A DNA stretch of 64,000 bases from Minisyncoccota bacterium (GTDB taxonomy: Bacteria > Patescibacteriota > Minisyncoccia > Phycocordibacterales > UBA6065): NCBI GenBank assembly GCA_035438745.1, contig DAORIX010000002.1, positions 1,830-65,829 on the forward strand. The letters run 5' to 3'. Under the pieces are notes generated by a model that saw only the letters and a list, made by a program, of their open reading frames with translations, did no database searches and had not been told where the DNA came from. The translations under genes were made by a program, and so were the position numbers. Positions 18,639 through 27,173 of the stretch are shown one piece after another (the first letter of the stretch is position 1; each line of letters opens with the position of its first letter).

Positions 18639-19169
18639 ATGGTACCTATCGTCCAAAAAGACAATCCTGTACTCAGAGCACAGGCAAAACCTGTACCCGT
18701 TGAAGATATAGGTTCAGTAAAAATTCAAAAAATACTTGCTGATATGAAGCAAGCTCTCGACTCTCAAGAAGACGGAGTAGCTTTGGCAGCGCCTCAAATC
18801 GGCGCATCTCTACGTATTTTTATTATTTCAGGAAAAGTTTTTGACCTTATCTCTGGAAAAGAAGAGTCTGATAAAAAAGGAGAATCTGATAATAAAGATA
18901 TTGTCTGCATAAACCCGGAAATAATAAAACTATCCAAGGTAAAAAAAGAAGTCGAGGAGGGATGCTTGTCTGTAAGATACCTCTATGGAAAAACTAAACG
19001 AGCGAAACAAGCAAAGATAAAAGCGTTTGATGAAAACGGGAGACCGTTTGAATTAGGAGGTTCAGGACTACTCGCTCAAATATTTCAACACGAAATTGAC
19101 CATCTCAACGGTATACTCTTTACCGACACCGCAACCGATGTGCACGATTTACCTCCAAAAAACCAATGA
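18639..19169 (+). CDS. def: Peptide deformylase
   Basis: 176 aa with the three PDF motifs (GVALAAPQIG, EGCLSV, QHEIDHLNG). Confidence 0.9.
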   Translation: MVPIVQKDNPVLRAQAKPVPVEDIGSVKIQKILADMKQALDSQEDGVALAAPQIGASLRIFIISGKVFDLISGKEESDKKGESDNKDIVCINPEIIKLSKVKKEVEEGCLSVRYLYGKTKRAKQAKIKAFDENGRPFELGGSGLLAQIFQHEIDHLNGILFTDTATDVHDLPPKNQ

Positions 19170-20017
19170 AGAAAAAAATAGCTTTTTTTGGAACATCGGA
19201 ATTTTCTGTTTTTATTCTTGAAGAACTCAAGAAACAAAACCTCCTTCCGAACCTGATTGTGACAATGCCAGACAAGCCACAAGGCAGAAAACTCCTCCTC
19301 ACCCCTCCTCCAGTAAAAATCTGGGCTGATAGAGAAGGCATCCCGACCCTACAGCCGTCCAGCATAAAATCTCCTGAATTCGAACGTACCCTCAAAGAAA
19401 AAGGAGGAGATGGATGGGATCTCTTTATTGTTGCGTCTTATGGAAAAATTATCCCTGACTCTATTCTTTTCATGCCAATAAAAAAGACGCTCAACGTACA
19501 TCCATCCCTCCTGCCCCTTTTGCGCGGAGCTGCACCTATCGAACGGTCAATTCTCGCTAATATGCAGGAAACAGGGGTCACTATCATGAGACTTGATGCC
19601 GAAATGGATCATGGACCAATCGTAAGCCAAGAAAAAGTAACCATTGAGCCGTGGCCACTAGACCGGATTGAACTTGAAAAAAAATTAGGCGCTGTCGGAG
19701 GAGCTCTTCTTGCAAAAACTATTCCGAAATGGCTTGAAGGCACCCTATCAGAAAAAGAACAAGATCATAGCAAGGCAACACACGCGCCAAAAGTGACTAA
19801 AGAAGAAGCGCTCATTGATATGCAAGCGGACGTATATCAAAACCTGCTCAAAATAAAAGCTTTTGCAGGCTGGCCAAAAGCGTATTTCCTCGAAAAAGGA
19901 AAAAGAATAATCATTAACGACGCTACTATCGTAGACGGGAAACTTACTCTTCTACGAGTAACACCAGAAGGAAAACGAGAAATGTCTTGGAAAGATTACT
20001 CTCTTGGTAAAAACTAA
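19166..20017 (+). CDS. fmt: Methionyl-tRNA formyltransferase
   Basis: 283 aa. Its start overlaps the def stop. It carries the formyltransferase core (NVHPSLLPLLRGAAPIERSI) and a C-terminal Fmt domain. Confidence 0.85.
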   Translation: MKKKIAFFGTSEFSVFILEELKKQNLLPNLIVTMPDKPQGRKLLLTPPPVKIWADREGIPTLQPSSIKSPEFERTLKEKGGDGWDLFIVASYGKIIPDSILFMPIKKTLNVHPSLLPLLRGAAPIERSILANMQETGVTIMRLDAEMDHGPIVSQEKVTIEPWPLDRIELEKKLGAVGGALLAKTIPKWLEGTLSEKEQDHSKATHAPKVTKEEALIDMQADVYQNLLKIKAFAGWPKAYFLEKGKRIIINDATIVDGKLTLLRVTPEGKREMSWKDYSLGKN

Positions 20018-20658
20018 AAAGCCTCTAGTAATTCTATTTTTTGTATACGTATAGGCTCTTTTGGTAGATTCTTTGAATCGACAGGGACCGAACTGATTCG
20101 GTCAACAATCTCGATACCCTCAACCACCTCACCAAAAATAGTAAACTTGTCTTGAATCCTTGGTGTATCGTGTGTCAAAACAAAAAACTGACTGCCATTA
20201 GTATCCTTACCATAATTTGCCATAGCAACCGCACCACGAACCATAGGCCTATCGTTAATTTCGTCGGGAATCATATAACCAGGACCACCTGTTCCGTACA
20301 CGCTTATATCATCTTCTCGGGTCAGAGGATCTCCTCCTTGAATCATAAAACCCTTAATCACTCGATGAAATTGAGTTTCGTTGTAAAAATCTTTCTTTGA
20401 AAGACGAATAAAATTCTTTACCGTAAAAGGTGCTTTAGATCTCAAAAAACGAACTTTGAAAACACCCTCCTCGGTATGAATACGAGCATAGAGGATTGGA
20501 GTTTCTTGTAATGCGATCTCGGGATTTTTTTCAGCAAAAACTATACCCGTTTCAAAAGCGGTAGTGAGAAAATAGTACAAACTCGCACCAAAAAATACAC
20601 AAAGAGCGACAAACGCTGTTATTTGACCTCCTAGTGTTTTAAATCCTACCGCATGCAT
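20014..20658 (-). CDS. Membrane-anchored cyclophilin-type peptidyl-prolyl cis-trans isomerase
   Basis: 214 aa with an N-terminal TM and a cyclophilin signature (FHRVIKGFMIQGGDP). Confidence 0.85.
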   Translation of the reverse strand: MHAVGFKTLGGQITAFVALCVFFGASLYYFLTTAFETGIVFAEKNPEIALQETPILYARIHTEEGVFKVRFLRSKAPFTVKNFIRLSKKDFYNETQFHRVIKGFMIQGGDPLTREDDISVYGTGGPGYMIPDEINDRPMVRGAVAMANYGKDTNGSQFFVLTHDTPRIQDKFTIFGEVVEGIEIVDRISSVPVDSKNLPKEPIRIQKIELLEAF

Positions 20659-20663
20659 ATGAA

Positions 20664-21035
20664 TTAATCATTTTTCCTAAAACCTCGCAAAAGATTTTTC
20701 AATTTTAAACCACTTTTTCGGATGAAATCAATTCTTTTGTGCTTCTTTGAGCGCAAAGTTTCAATAAGCTCATCCTTCATGCCGTCAATCGCTGCATAGA
20801 GATCGTCACGTTCAACTTCTGCACGAATATCAAGCTGTTTACCATGCAAAGTCGCTTCTGCTTTAAAGATGTCTCCTGACCTGTGACGATTGGTTGTCTT
20901 TGCTATTTCAACATCTACAATCACCGAATCATCCTGTGGGTCCAAGTACCTATCAAGTGATGCTAATTTTTTGTCGAGATAATCAGAAATACCCGGAGTG
21001 AGCACAATATTAGTGACTTTTATAGTTTTTTTCAT
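20664..21035 (-). CDS. hpf: Ribosome hibernation-promoting factor / RaiA (short form)
   Basis: 123 aa with an N-terminus typical of YfiA/HPF (MKKTIKVTNIVLTPGISDYLDKKL). Confidence 0.75.
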   Translation of the reverse strand: MKKTIKVTNIVLTPGISDYLDKKLASLDRYLDPQDDSVIVDVEIAKTTNRHRSGDIFKAEATLHGKQLDIRAEVERDDLYAAIDGMKDELIETLRSKKHKRIDFIRKSGLKLKNLLRGFRKND

Positions 21036-21125
21036 GGTGTATTATTAAAAATTAAGAAAAACTCATAAACCAACCACACCGACATACTTCTTTACTTAAA
21101 GTATATACCACAATCGTGATGAATT

Positions 21126-21350
21126 CTAACTTTTTTCTTCGATGAGTACGATTTTGTGTGGTGAGTGGTGGCCACTCACAATACGTATAACTCTTTTTGA
21201 CGGTCCAAGGTAACAACGCAATAACTGAAGCGCTCTTTTATTTGCTAAACCACGAGAGGCCGGAGTGTTAACAGATATACTATACCCATCACCATCGTTT
21301 TGTACGCCCTCAGTACGAGCCTCTGGGTAAACAAACACTTTTATATACAT
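21126..21350 (-). CDS. DUF167/YggU-like small protein
   Basis: 74 aa. The GLANKRALQLL pattern resembles the GKANKALIKFL motif of the UPF0235 family. Confidence 0.4.
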   Translation of the reverse strand: MYIKVFVYPEARTEGVQNDGDGYSISVNTPASRGLANKRALQLLRCYLGPSKRVIRIVSGHHSPHKIVLIEEKS

Positions 21351-21411
21351 AAAATACAGTGTACATCAGAACCCTTCCCTTTTTAATAAGCTGTACTACA
21401 ATTATTAAGCT

Positions 21412-22428
21412 ATGCTACAGTCGCTGAAAAATATCTTTAAAAAGGAATCCCTACCTTGTGCGGTAGTGATAATTACTTTGGCATTTGGGACCGGTATTCT
21501 CTCTTATAAATTATTTGATTCGAGCCCTCGGGGCACACAAAAAGACTGTTTATCAGATCTTTTTTTTGTTAATCCAGAACCAGATTGTGAGTTGTATGAA
21601 AAAAAACTTGAAAGCATGTCAACACTTCAAGACAACCTCGAAGACTTAACCAAAAAATACCTTGCTGAGAAAAAAGCAAACAGAATTGGCGTCTTTTCGA
21701 GAGACCTCAAAACACGACGCTTCGTTGGAGTAAACGATACTAACGTTTTTGTAATGGCAAGCTTACTCAAAGTACCCCTCGCGATTGCATATTTCAGACT
21801 AAGCGAAATAACTCCAGACATTTTTTCACAACAAATTAAACACACGAACGCAAACATACTAGAAAACTCATCGTCCCAAAGAATAAAACCGAAAGAAGAT
21901 CTCGTACTTGGTAACATGTACACCGTAAGAGAGCTCATTTACCGAATGCTTGCATATTCAGATAACGCTTCAGCGCAAATGCTCTCAACAAATTTTGTAT
22001 CCCCTGATTACCTTAACAAAGTACTCCTCGCACTCGGCCTACAAGTGACCAAAGCTGGCGAAACAGAGAATATTCTCACAGCAAAAACATATGCCGGTAT
22101 TTTTCGTACTCTCTACAACGCCTCCTTCCTCAGCCGTGATTCATCAAATAACGTACTCGACATCCTCTCTCAAAGTACATTCGCCGACGGCGCCACAGCA
22201 CTCTTACCAAAAAATGTAAAAGTTGCGCATAAATTCGGAGAAAGGATTATTGTGGACGAAAAAGAAACAATTATAATCCAGCAATTACATGATTGCGGTA
22301 TTGTCTATGCAAAAAATGGCGACGAACCGTATACTTTTTGCATACTCACTGAAGGAAAAAAATATGAGGATCTCAAATACGTAATACAGAATCTCTCAAA
22401 AGCAATCTTCGATGAGATGAGTAAATAA
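21412..22428 (+). CDS. Class A beta-lactamase-like serine hydrolase (penicillin-binding fold) with an N-terminal TM anchor
   Basis: 338 aa with an SxxK motif (SLLK) and an SDN motif (YSDNASAQ). The third motif reads HKFGE rather than the canonical KTG/KSG. Confidence 0.5.
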   Translation: MLQSLKNIFKKESLPCAVVIITLAFGTGILSYKLFDSSPRGTQKDCLSDLFFVNPEPDCELYEKKLESMSTLQDNLEDLTKKYLAEKKANRIGVFSRDLKTRRFVGVNDTNVFVMASLLKVPLAIAYFRLSEITPDIFSQQIKHTNANILENSSSQRIKPKEDLVLGNMYTVRELIYRMLAYSDNASAQMLSTNFVSPDYLNKVLLALGLQVTKAGETENILTAKTYAGIFRTLYNASFLSRDSSNNVLDILSQSTFADGATALLPKNVKVAHKFGERIIVDEKETIIIQQLHDCGIVYAKNGDEPYTFCILTEGKKYEDLKYVIQNLSKAIFDEMSK

Positions 22429-22429
22429 A

Positions 22430-23029
22430 CTATCTCGTCTCACCTTCAAAATTCTGTTCAACCTCGCCAAACTGCATAGTGGTAGGATCAAGTTTTAACC
22501 ACACGCTCTTACCCAAAGAAGGCTCTGCTGTAAAAGGCTCATTTGGTAAACGAACAGCGTAATTAACAACAACAACGTTTTTTCTAGTAGTTCCCCTGCT
22601 TGTTTCACCCTCGTCTATGACAGTCGATTGTGGGGCGATTCTATCTCCTAGAAAAAAAGCGTGCGAACCGACATACCCATCAGGAGTATTGAGCGCGGCA
22701 ACAGCATACACAAAAATACCAGTACCACCTGCCTCCTGAGTCACTAAAAAAACAACATCCTCTCGTCCATCGTCGTTCAAGTCGTGTTTCACCTCATTGC
22801 CAAAATAACGCGTTATCGTTTTTGTGGCAGATCCAGCAACGGGAGATGTTTCAGCATAGCCATTCTGTAAAGAAACAGGCTCGCCTTCAATTATGTATGT
22901 TGTATTTTTATAGTCACCGTGTACGACCTGAGTAGAATTATCGTTCTTGAGAAAATAAAAAAGAGCGCCGAAAATGAGCACGAGAGAAATAACGATGTAT
23001 ATTTTTTTCATACAACAACTATATACCAA
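22430..23029 (-). CDS. Hypothetical membrane-anchored extracellular protein
   Basis: 199 aa with an N-terminal TM (probable true start at M7, MKKIYIV...). No recognizable domain. Confidence 0.5.
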   Translation of the reverse strand: MVYSCCMKKIYIVISLVLIFGALFYFLKNDNSTQVVHGDYKNTTYIIEGEPVSLQNGYAETSPVAGSATKTITRYFGNEVKHDLNDDGREDVVFLVTQEAGGTGIFVYAVAALNTPDGYVGSHAFFLGDRIAPQSTVIDEGETSRGTTRKNVVVVNYAVRLPNEPFTAEPSLGKSVWLKLDPTTMQFGEVEQNFEGETR

Positions 23030-23058
23030 AACATTCCCCGGAGGAAAACCTTACGCTC

Positions 23059-23943
23059 TTAGTGCTTTGGAATCTCTATAGAAACAGTAGTTCCTTTATT
23101 TTCCCCTTTTGATGTAACAGAGAGAGTACCCTTATGGCGTTTGATAATTTTTTTAGCAATATACAAACCCATACCCAAACCCTCAGTATGCATCGTGCGA
23201 GCTTTTTCTGTTCGGAAAAACCTTTTTGAAACCTTGTGCCTATCTCGTGAACGCATTCCAATACCAGTATCCTCTATTGAGAAAACAAGGAACTTTTTTG
23301 TATCGATGATACGCACATGCACCGTACCTCCTTCTGGGGTGTATCTAATAGCATTATCAAAGACAACATCGATAACAAACTGAATTTTTGACTCATCAAT
23401 AATAATAAGAGGTAGTCCTGAAACAGGCTCCATTATGAAATGGACCTTTTTTTGTTTCAAAAAATCAGAATACTTAACAAGTGTTTTTTCAACGATATCC
23501 CTAAAAGAGACCGCTTTATATGCGTACTCTGATCCTTTATCAAATTTTGTAAAATTCACCAACATATCGACCATTTCAAGGAGGTTTTCACTCGCCCGAG
23601 TCAATTCATTGATAGAATTTTGTTTCTCCTCAAGGGTAATATTCTTTTTGAGGGATTCTATTGTCCACTTAACCGACGTGAGCGGTGTGCGAAATTTGTG
23701 AGTGACGATGGTAATGAACTCATTTTTTATATTCTCATTGTCTCTCAGTGTGCGCCAATAAAAATAAGCAAAAAGAAAAGAAACTAAAAATAAAAAAGAA
23801 ATCGCGATATGAAAAGACACGGAAAAATGAGTCATGATAATTTCTCCGTAGAAACTCACGCAAACAATTCCAGCCACCACAATAAACACGAAGAGAAAAG
23901 ACAAAAAATTCTTCATAAATCTAGTATAGCAGAAGACACGCAC
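23059..23943 (-). CDS. Sensor histidine kinase (two N-terminal TMs, HisKA and HATPase_c domains)
   Basis: 294 aa with an H-box (THKFRTPLTSV), an N-box (DNAIRYT) and G-boxes (DTGIGM ... GLGMGLYI). No response regulator gene is adjacent. Confidence 0.85.
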   Translation of the reverse strand: MRVFCYTRFMKNFLSFLFVFIVVAGIVCVSFYGEIIMTHFSVSFHIAISFLFLVSFLFAYFYWRTLRDNENIKNEFITIVTHKFRTPLTSVKWTIESLKKNITLEEKQNSINELTRASENLLEMVDMLVNFTKFDKGSEYAYKAVSFRDIVEKTLVKYSDFLKQKKVHFIMEPVSGLPLIIIDESKIQFVIDVVFDNAIRYTPEGGTVHVRIIDTKKFLVFSIEDTGIGMRSRDRHKVSKRFFRTEKARTMHTEGLGMGLYIAKKIIKRHKGTLSVTSKGENKGTTVSIEIPKH

Positions 23944-24273
23944 ACGCTTATTAACACAAAACGAATAAAAGACGGTGAATCTCTCATATTAGGTATAAAC
24001 ACTTTAGTGTGTCATAAAACAATAAAATTTTATTATTGTCAAAAAGTAGTGTATACTTACTAAGTCGCAAAAATCTCTAATCAGTAGTACCGGTAAGGAC
24101 TCATTCGTTCCATAGATCGATACACAGATACATCTCATTGTCTGTGATGGAAAATCCTCACTCGTATTTTAGATATTGTTTTGCAGAAAGTGCTCATGAA
24201 CCACAAAAGGTCACTGAACTATACTGGCCACATGATCAACTCTTATTACACTCGGTACTAATTTAAAAAATCT

Positions 24274-24948
24274 ATGACTTCTCTTACAACAAAGACTTCA
24301 AAGCATCTTGCTTCTACAGGAGCAGTGCTTGTTGTCGCAATGCTTATTACCACTGGATTTATGCCCTCAGTAGCTCGTGCAGAAACACTCACTCGACAGC
24401 TCGAAATCGAAATGACTGGCACGGATGTTTCAGCGCTTCAGACGTTCCTAGCCCAAGACAGAACCCTGTACCCACAAGGTATAGTAACGGGATACTTTGG
24501 TTTTCTTACCAAAGCAGCAGTAGCAAATTTCCAAACACGTAATGGTATCGCTGCGGTTGGACGAGTTGGACCAGCAACACTACCTGTACTCAACCTACAA
24601 ATGGCTGCAGGAGGAATGGGAATGGCTGACGTTTCTACACAAGCACCTACCATCATAAGCGTAGGGGTAAATTCAAGTAGAAATAATGCAACGGTTGCAT
24701 GGAACACAAACGAAGCAACAAAGGGAGTAGTTTACTACAGCACAAGTCCCCTTTCTGTTTATGAATACCCTCACTCTGTGACTATCAGTGGTAATACCGC
24801 AATGACAGATACTAATTTCCGCACATCACAAAGTCTCTCTATACAGAACCTCGAGACAAACACAACATATTACTACATGATTCATACAACGGATCTATCT
24901 GGTAATGTGAGCGTTACCCTACCGTCAACATTTAGAACAACAAACTAA
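24274..24948 (+). CDS. Secreted protein with a peptidoglycan-binding (PG_binding_1-like) domain and a C-terminal FN3-like domain
   Basis: 224 aa with a signal peptide. The PG-binding helix-pair motif reads ALQTFLAQDRTLYPQGIVTGYFGFLTKAAVANFQTRNGI. The C-terminus carries an FN3/PAP-N-like beta domain. Confidence 0.6.
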   Translation: MTSLTTKTSKHLASTGAVLVVAMLITTGFMPSVARAETLTRQLEIEMTGTDVSALQTFLAQDRTLYPQGIVTGYFGFLTKAAVANFQTRNGIAAVGRVGPATLPVLNLQMAAGGMGMADVSTQAPTIISVGVNSSRNNATVAWNTNEATKGVVYYSTSPLSVYEYPHSVTISGNTAMTDTNFRTSQSLSIQNLETNTTYYYMIHTTDLSGNVSVTLPSTFRTTN

Positions 24949-24964
24949 ATCACCTGTTTAAAAA

Positions 24965-24990
24965 ACCGCCCTCGAATGGGGTGGTTTTTT
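24965..24990 (+). terminator. Rho-independent terminator
   Basis: 7-bp stem accgccc / gggtggt with loop tcgaatg, followed by TTTTTT. Confidence 0.5.
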
Positions 24991-25040
24991 GTATAATCGC
25001 CTCAAAATTAAACGAAGTAGAAAGTAACTAAAAAAATTAT

Positions 25041-25289
25041 ATGGAAATTATTCTTTGGATTATATTTGGTGGTATTGTTGGCTGGATTGCATCTATTATT
25101 ATGAAAACCAACGCTGAACAAGGGCTCGTCCTCAATGTCATCGTTGGTGTTGTTGGTGCAGTCATCGGCGGTTGGATCATGAGTTTTTTTGGCCAAACAG
25201 ACGCCACAGGTTTCAACCTATATGGTTTTCTCGTAGCGCTTGTTGGTGCAATTGTTCTTATCTGGATTGTTAAAATGATACGAAGATAG
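25041..25289 (+). CDS. GlsB/YeaQ/YmgE-family small membrane protein (transglycosylase-associated)
   Basis: 82 aa with three TM segments and the glycine-zipper pattern GGIVGWIAS ... VGAVIGGWI. Confidence 0.75.
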   Translation: MEIILWIIFGGIVGWIASIIMKTNAEQGLVLNVIVGVVGAVIGGWIMSFFGQTDATGFNLYGFLVALVGAIVLIWIVKMIRR

Positions 25290-25317
25290 AGATAGTAAGA
25301 AGATACGAGCCTTAAAA

Positions 25318-25352
25318 CACACAAACCACCGATAAGGTGGTTTGTGTGTTTT
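25318..25352. terminator. Bidirectional terminator between convergent genes
   Basis: 13-bp stem cacacaaaccacc / ggtggtttgtgtg with loop gataa, flanked by an A-run and a T-run. Confidence 0.6.
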
Positions 25353-25357
25353 AAAAA

Positions 25358-25546
25358 TTAAACTCGCGTTTTATTTTTTAACAACCCATCTTTTCTTTTG
25401 CTCCTTACAATATAAACAATACTTGAAATCACAATGAGGAGTCCGAGCCCTTGAGCACCAGGACTGTCGTCATATCCACCGTACACAAATACAAACACAC
25501 CAAAGAGCATGAGAAGGATTGCGCCTGCAATTTTAAGTTTATTCAT
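25358..25546 (-). CDS. Small membrane protein (62 aa)
   Basis: Two predicted TM helices. Position is consistent with the convergent terminator. Confidence 0.4.
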   Translation of the reverse strand: MNKLKIAGAILLMLFGVFVFVYGGYDDSPGAQGLGLLIVISSIVYIVRSKRKDGLLKNKTRV

Positions 25547-25589
25547 AGAGTTTATAGAAGTATAGCAAATTGACGAGATTGAGTAGAGG

Positions 25590-25850
25590 AAAGGAACATC
25601 GACCCTTACAGGGTCAGTACCCCGATTGGCGCGAGTACACGACTCAATCGAGCTTCGATCCCTTACGAAATCAATCCCTATTGATTTCGTAAGGGATATC
25701 TCGCCTTACAGGCGCAGTACAGGTTTCCTATTTTCTCGCATGAAAATACTCGAAAATATAGGAGAACCTTTTCGATCCCTTCACGTCGGTCTAACAGACC
25801 GACTTCCCGGAGTCACAAAAAGTAAAAGCGCCTCGAAAGGCGCTTAAACT
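25590..25850 (+). other. Structured intergenic element: three hairpins plus a tRNA-Asn 3'-end-like fragment
   Basis: Hairpin gaccct-tac-agggtc at ~25601. A perfect 17-bp inverted repeat tcccttacgaaatcaat / attgatttcgtaaggga at 25659..25696. Hairpin cgcct-tac-aggcg at ~25702. The tract ttcgatcccttc (25771..25782) plus ttcccggag (25804..25812) matches the T-arm/acceptor 3' strand of the tRNA-Asn at 41703..41740. That match is interrupted by a 7-bp-stem hairpin. Confidence 0.35.
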
Positions 25851-25994
25851 TTGTGGGCTCAACATCTTGGACGATTTTCGAGCGATATTCTACAAGACTT
25901 CCGGTCGATAGATTGGCTTACTGAATACCCCTTCCCCACGCTCGCACTGGAACAAATAAAAAAATTGCTGGTTTAATTTATTAGCTTTGAATAA

Positions 25995-26312
25995 TTGATT
26001 CTTATCAAAATGAAAGGAGGCTACAGAAAAGGTGCTGGACGGAAGAAAGGCTTTGCTGCGTATGAGGCTGAAAAGGCCCGTGAATTCATCGTGCAAAGAC
26101 TTTCAGCTGATCTTGAGCCAATTATCGAAAAAGCCATCAAACAAGCCAGGAGGGGCGATAAACAGGCAAGAACATGGTTATTTGAGAGAGCTTACGGAAA
26201 GCCTAAAGAGACTGTTGATATGTCGATTAATAATCCGGTTCCCCTCTTAACTGATCCACAAAAAGAAAAGATTGCCAGACGGGTACTCATGAAGACTAAA
26301 AACATCAATTAG
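25995..26312 (+). CDS. Hypothetical basic DNA-binding-like protein (GRKKG-type motif), possibly mobile-element related
   Basis: 105 aa, basic N-terminus MKGGYRKGAGRKKGFAAYEAEKAREFIVQRL. No confident family assignment. Confidence 0.4.
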   Translation: MILIKMKGGYRKGAGRKKGFAAYEAEKAREFIVQRLSADLEPIIEKAIKQARRGDKQARTWLFERAYGKPKETVDMSINNPVPLLTDPQKEKIARRVLMKTKNIN

Positions 26313-26457
26313 ATTGCAAAGTGCAATTTAAGAATCTACCTTAACTACAGAAGCATGTTTTTATAAACCCCTACGCTTTGAACGTCTTCCTGAATAAACC
26401 CAAAGACCAATTCCGTATCGGAGTAAGCTTTACGAGCGTCGATCAGGGATATAAAAC

Positions 26458-26685
26458 CTACTTAATTAAAGCTAGGGCTATAAGTATTAAACTCAGCGCA
26501 AGTCCTACCGGTGCAAAAAGATACTTAGTTAATATCATAGTTTTCTCGATACCGAATATTTTCCTCCAAATATACGCTTTCGGACTTTCGGTTACATATT
26601 TTCTTGCAAACGTTTGATCAATGAAAAATCTTCCTGAAAAATACAAAGCTATGAAGCCAGTTATTATTAATACGATTTTTTCCAC
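26458..26685 (-). CDS. Small membrane protein (75 aa), uncertain
   Basis: Two hydrophobic helices. It overlaps an alternative plus-strand ORF (26378..26617). The strand choice follows the neighbouring operon direction. Confidence 0.3.
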   Translation of the reverse strand: MEKIVLIITGFIALYFSGRFFIDQTFARKYVTESPKAYIWRKIFGIEKTMILTKYLFAPVGLALSLILIALALIK

Positions 26686-26737
26686 GTTAATTATGCTTAT
26701 TTATAACATTTGATTATTCTACTTTCTTTTAGTATCT

Positions 26738-27172
26738 CTATAAATTAGGTATTTTCAATATTTCTCTTACCCCTTTCCATTCCGGATCCCTTTCCATCCT
26801 ATAATCAAATTCTCTAGCCTGAGACCCACTTTCGATAATCTTGTTGAGCGTTGAAGAAATTGTTTGAGGGTTTGTAACATAGAAGAACAAACTCCTTATG
26901 CCGTTATGTGTAAATCGTCCGGCACGATACACCTCATCAACAGCTTTAAATTTGTGATATAGGTCGTCCTCCATATCATTCAGAATCTTATCTTCCATAT
27001 TCGATATTGAACCATTCTCAGAAACAAGAAGTTGGATATTAATACATAAAAACCAAGAAAGTTTTTCTTTAAATTTAGCTTTTAAATACCCTTCTGTAAG
27101 AATGAGATTCCATGGCAAATTATCCTTTTCTCCCTGATAAAGTTTGAACACATCCTGTTCAGTTTTTTTCAT
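26738..27172 (-). CDS. Candidate immunity protein for the RHS C-terminal toxin
   Basis: 144-aa cytoplasmic protein. Its start overlaps the RHS stop codon (ATGA). Position and size fit RHS toxin-immunity pairs. No recognizable domain. Confidence 0.5.
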   Translation of the reverse strand: MKKTEQDVFKLYQGEKDNLPWNLILTEGYLKAKFKEKLSWFLCINIQLLVSENGSISNMEDKILNDMEDDLYHKFKAVDEVYRAGRFTHNGIRSLFFYVTNPQTISSTLNKIIESGSQAREFDYRMERDPEWKGVREILKIPNL

Positions 27173-27173
27173 A

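Noticed and set aside
26378-26617. Plus-strand 79-aa ORF overlapping the minus-strand small membrane ORF
   Set aside because: The two ORFs are mutually exclusive. The minus-strand ORF matches the operon direction of the RHS-immunity unit. Neither is strongly supported.
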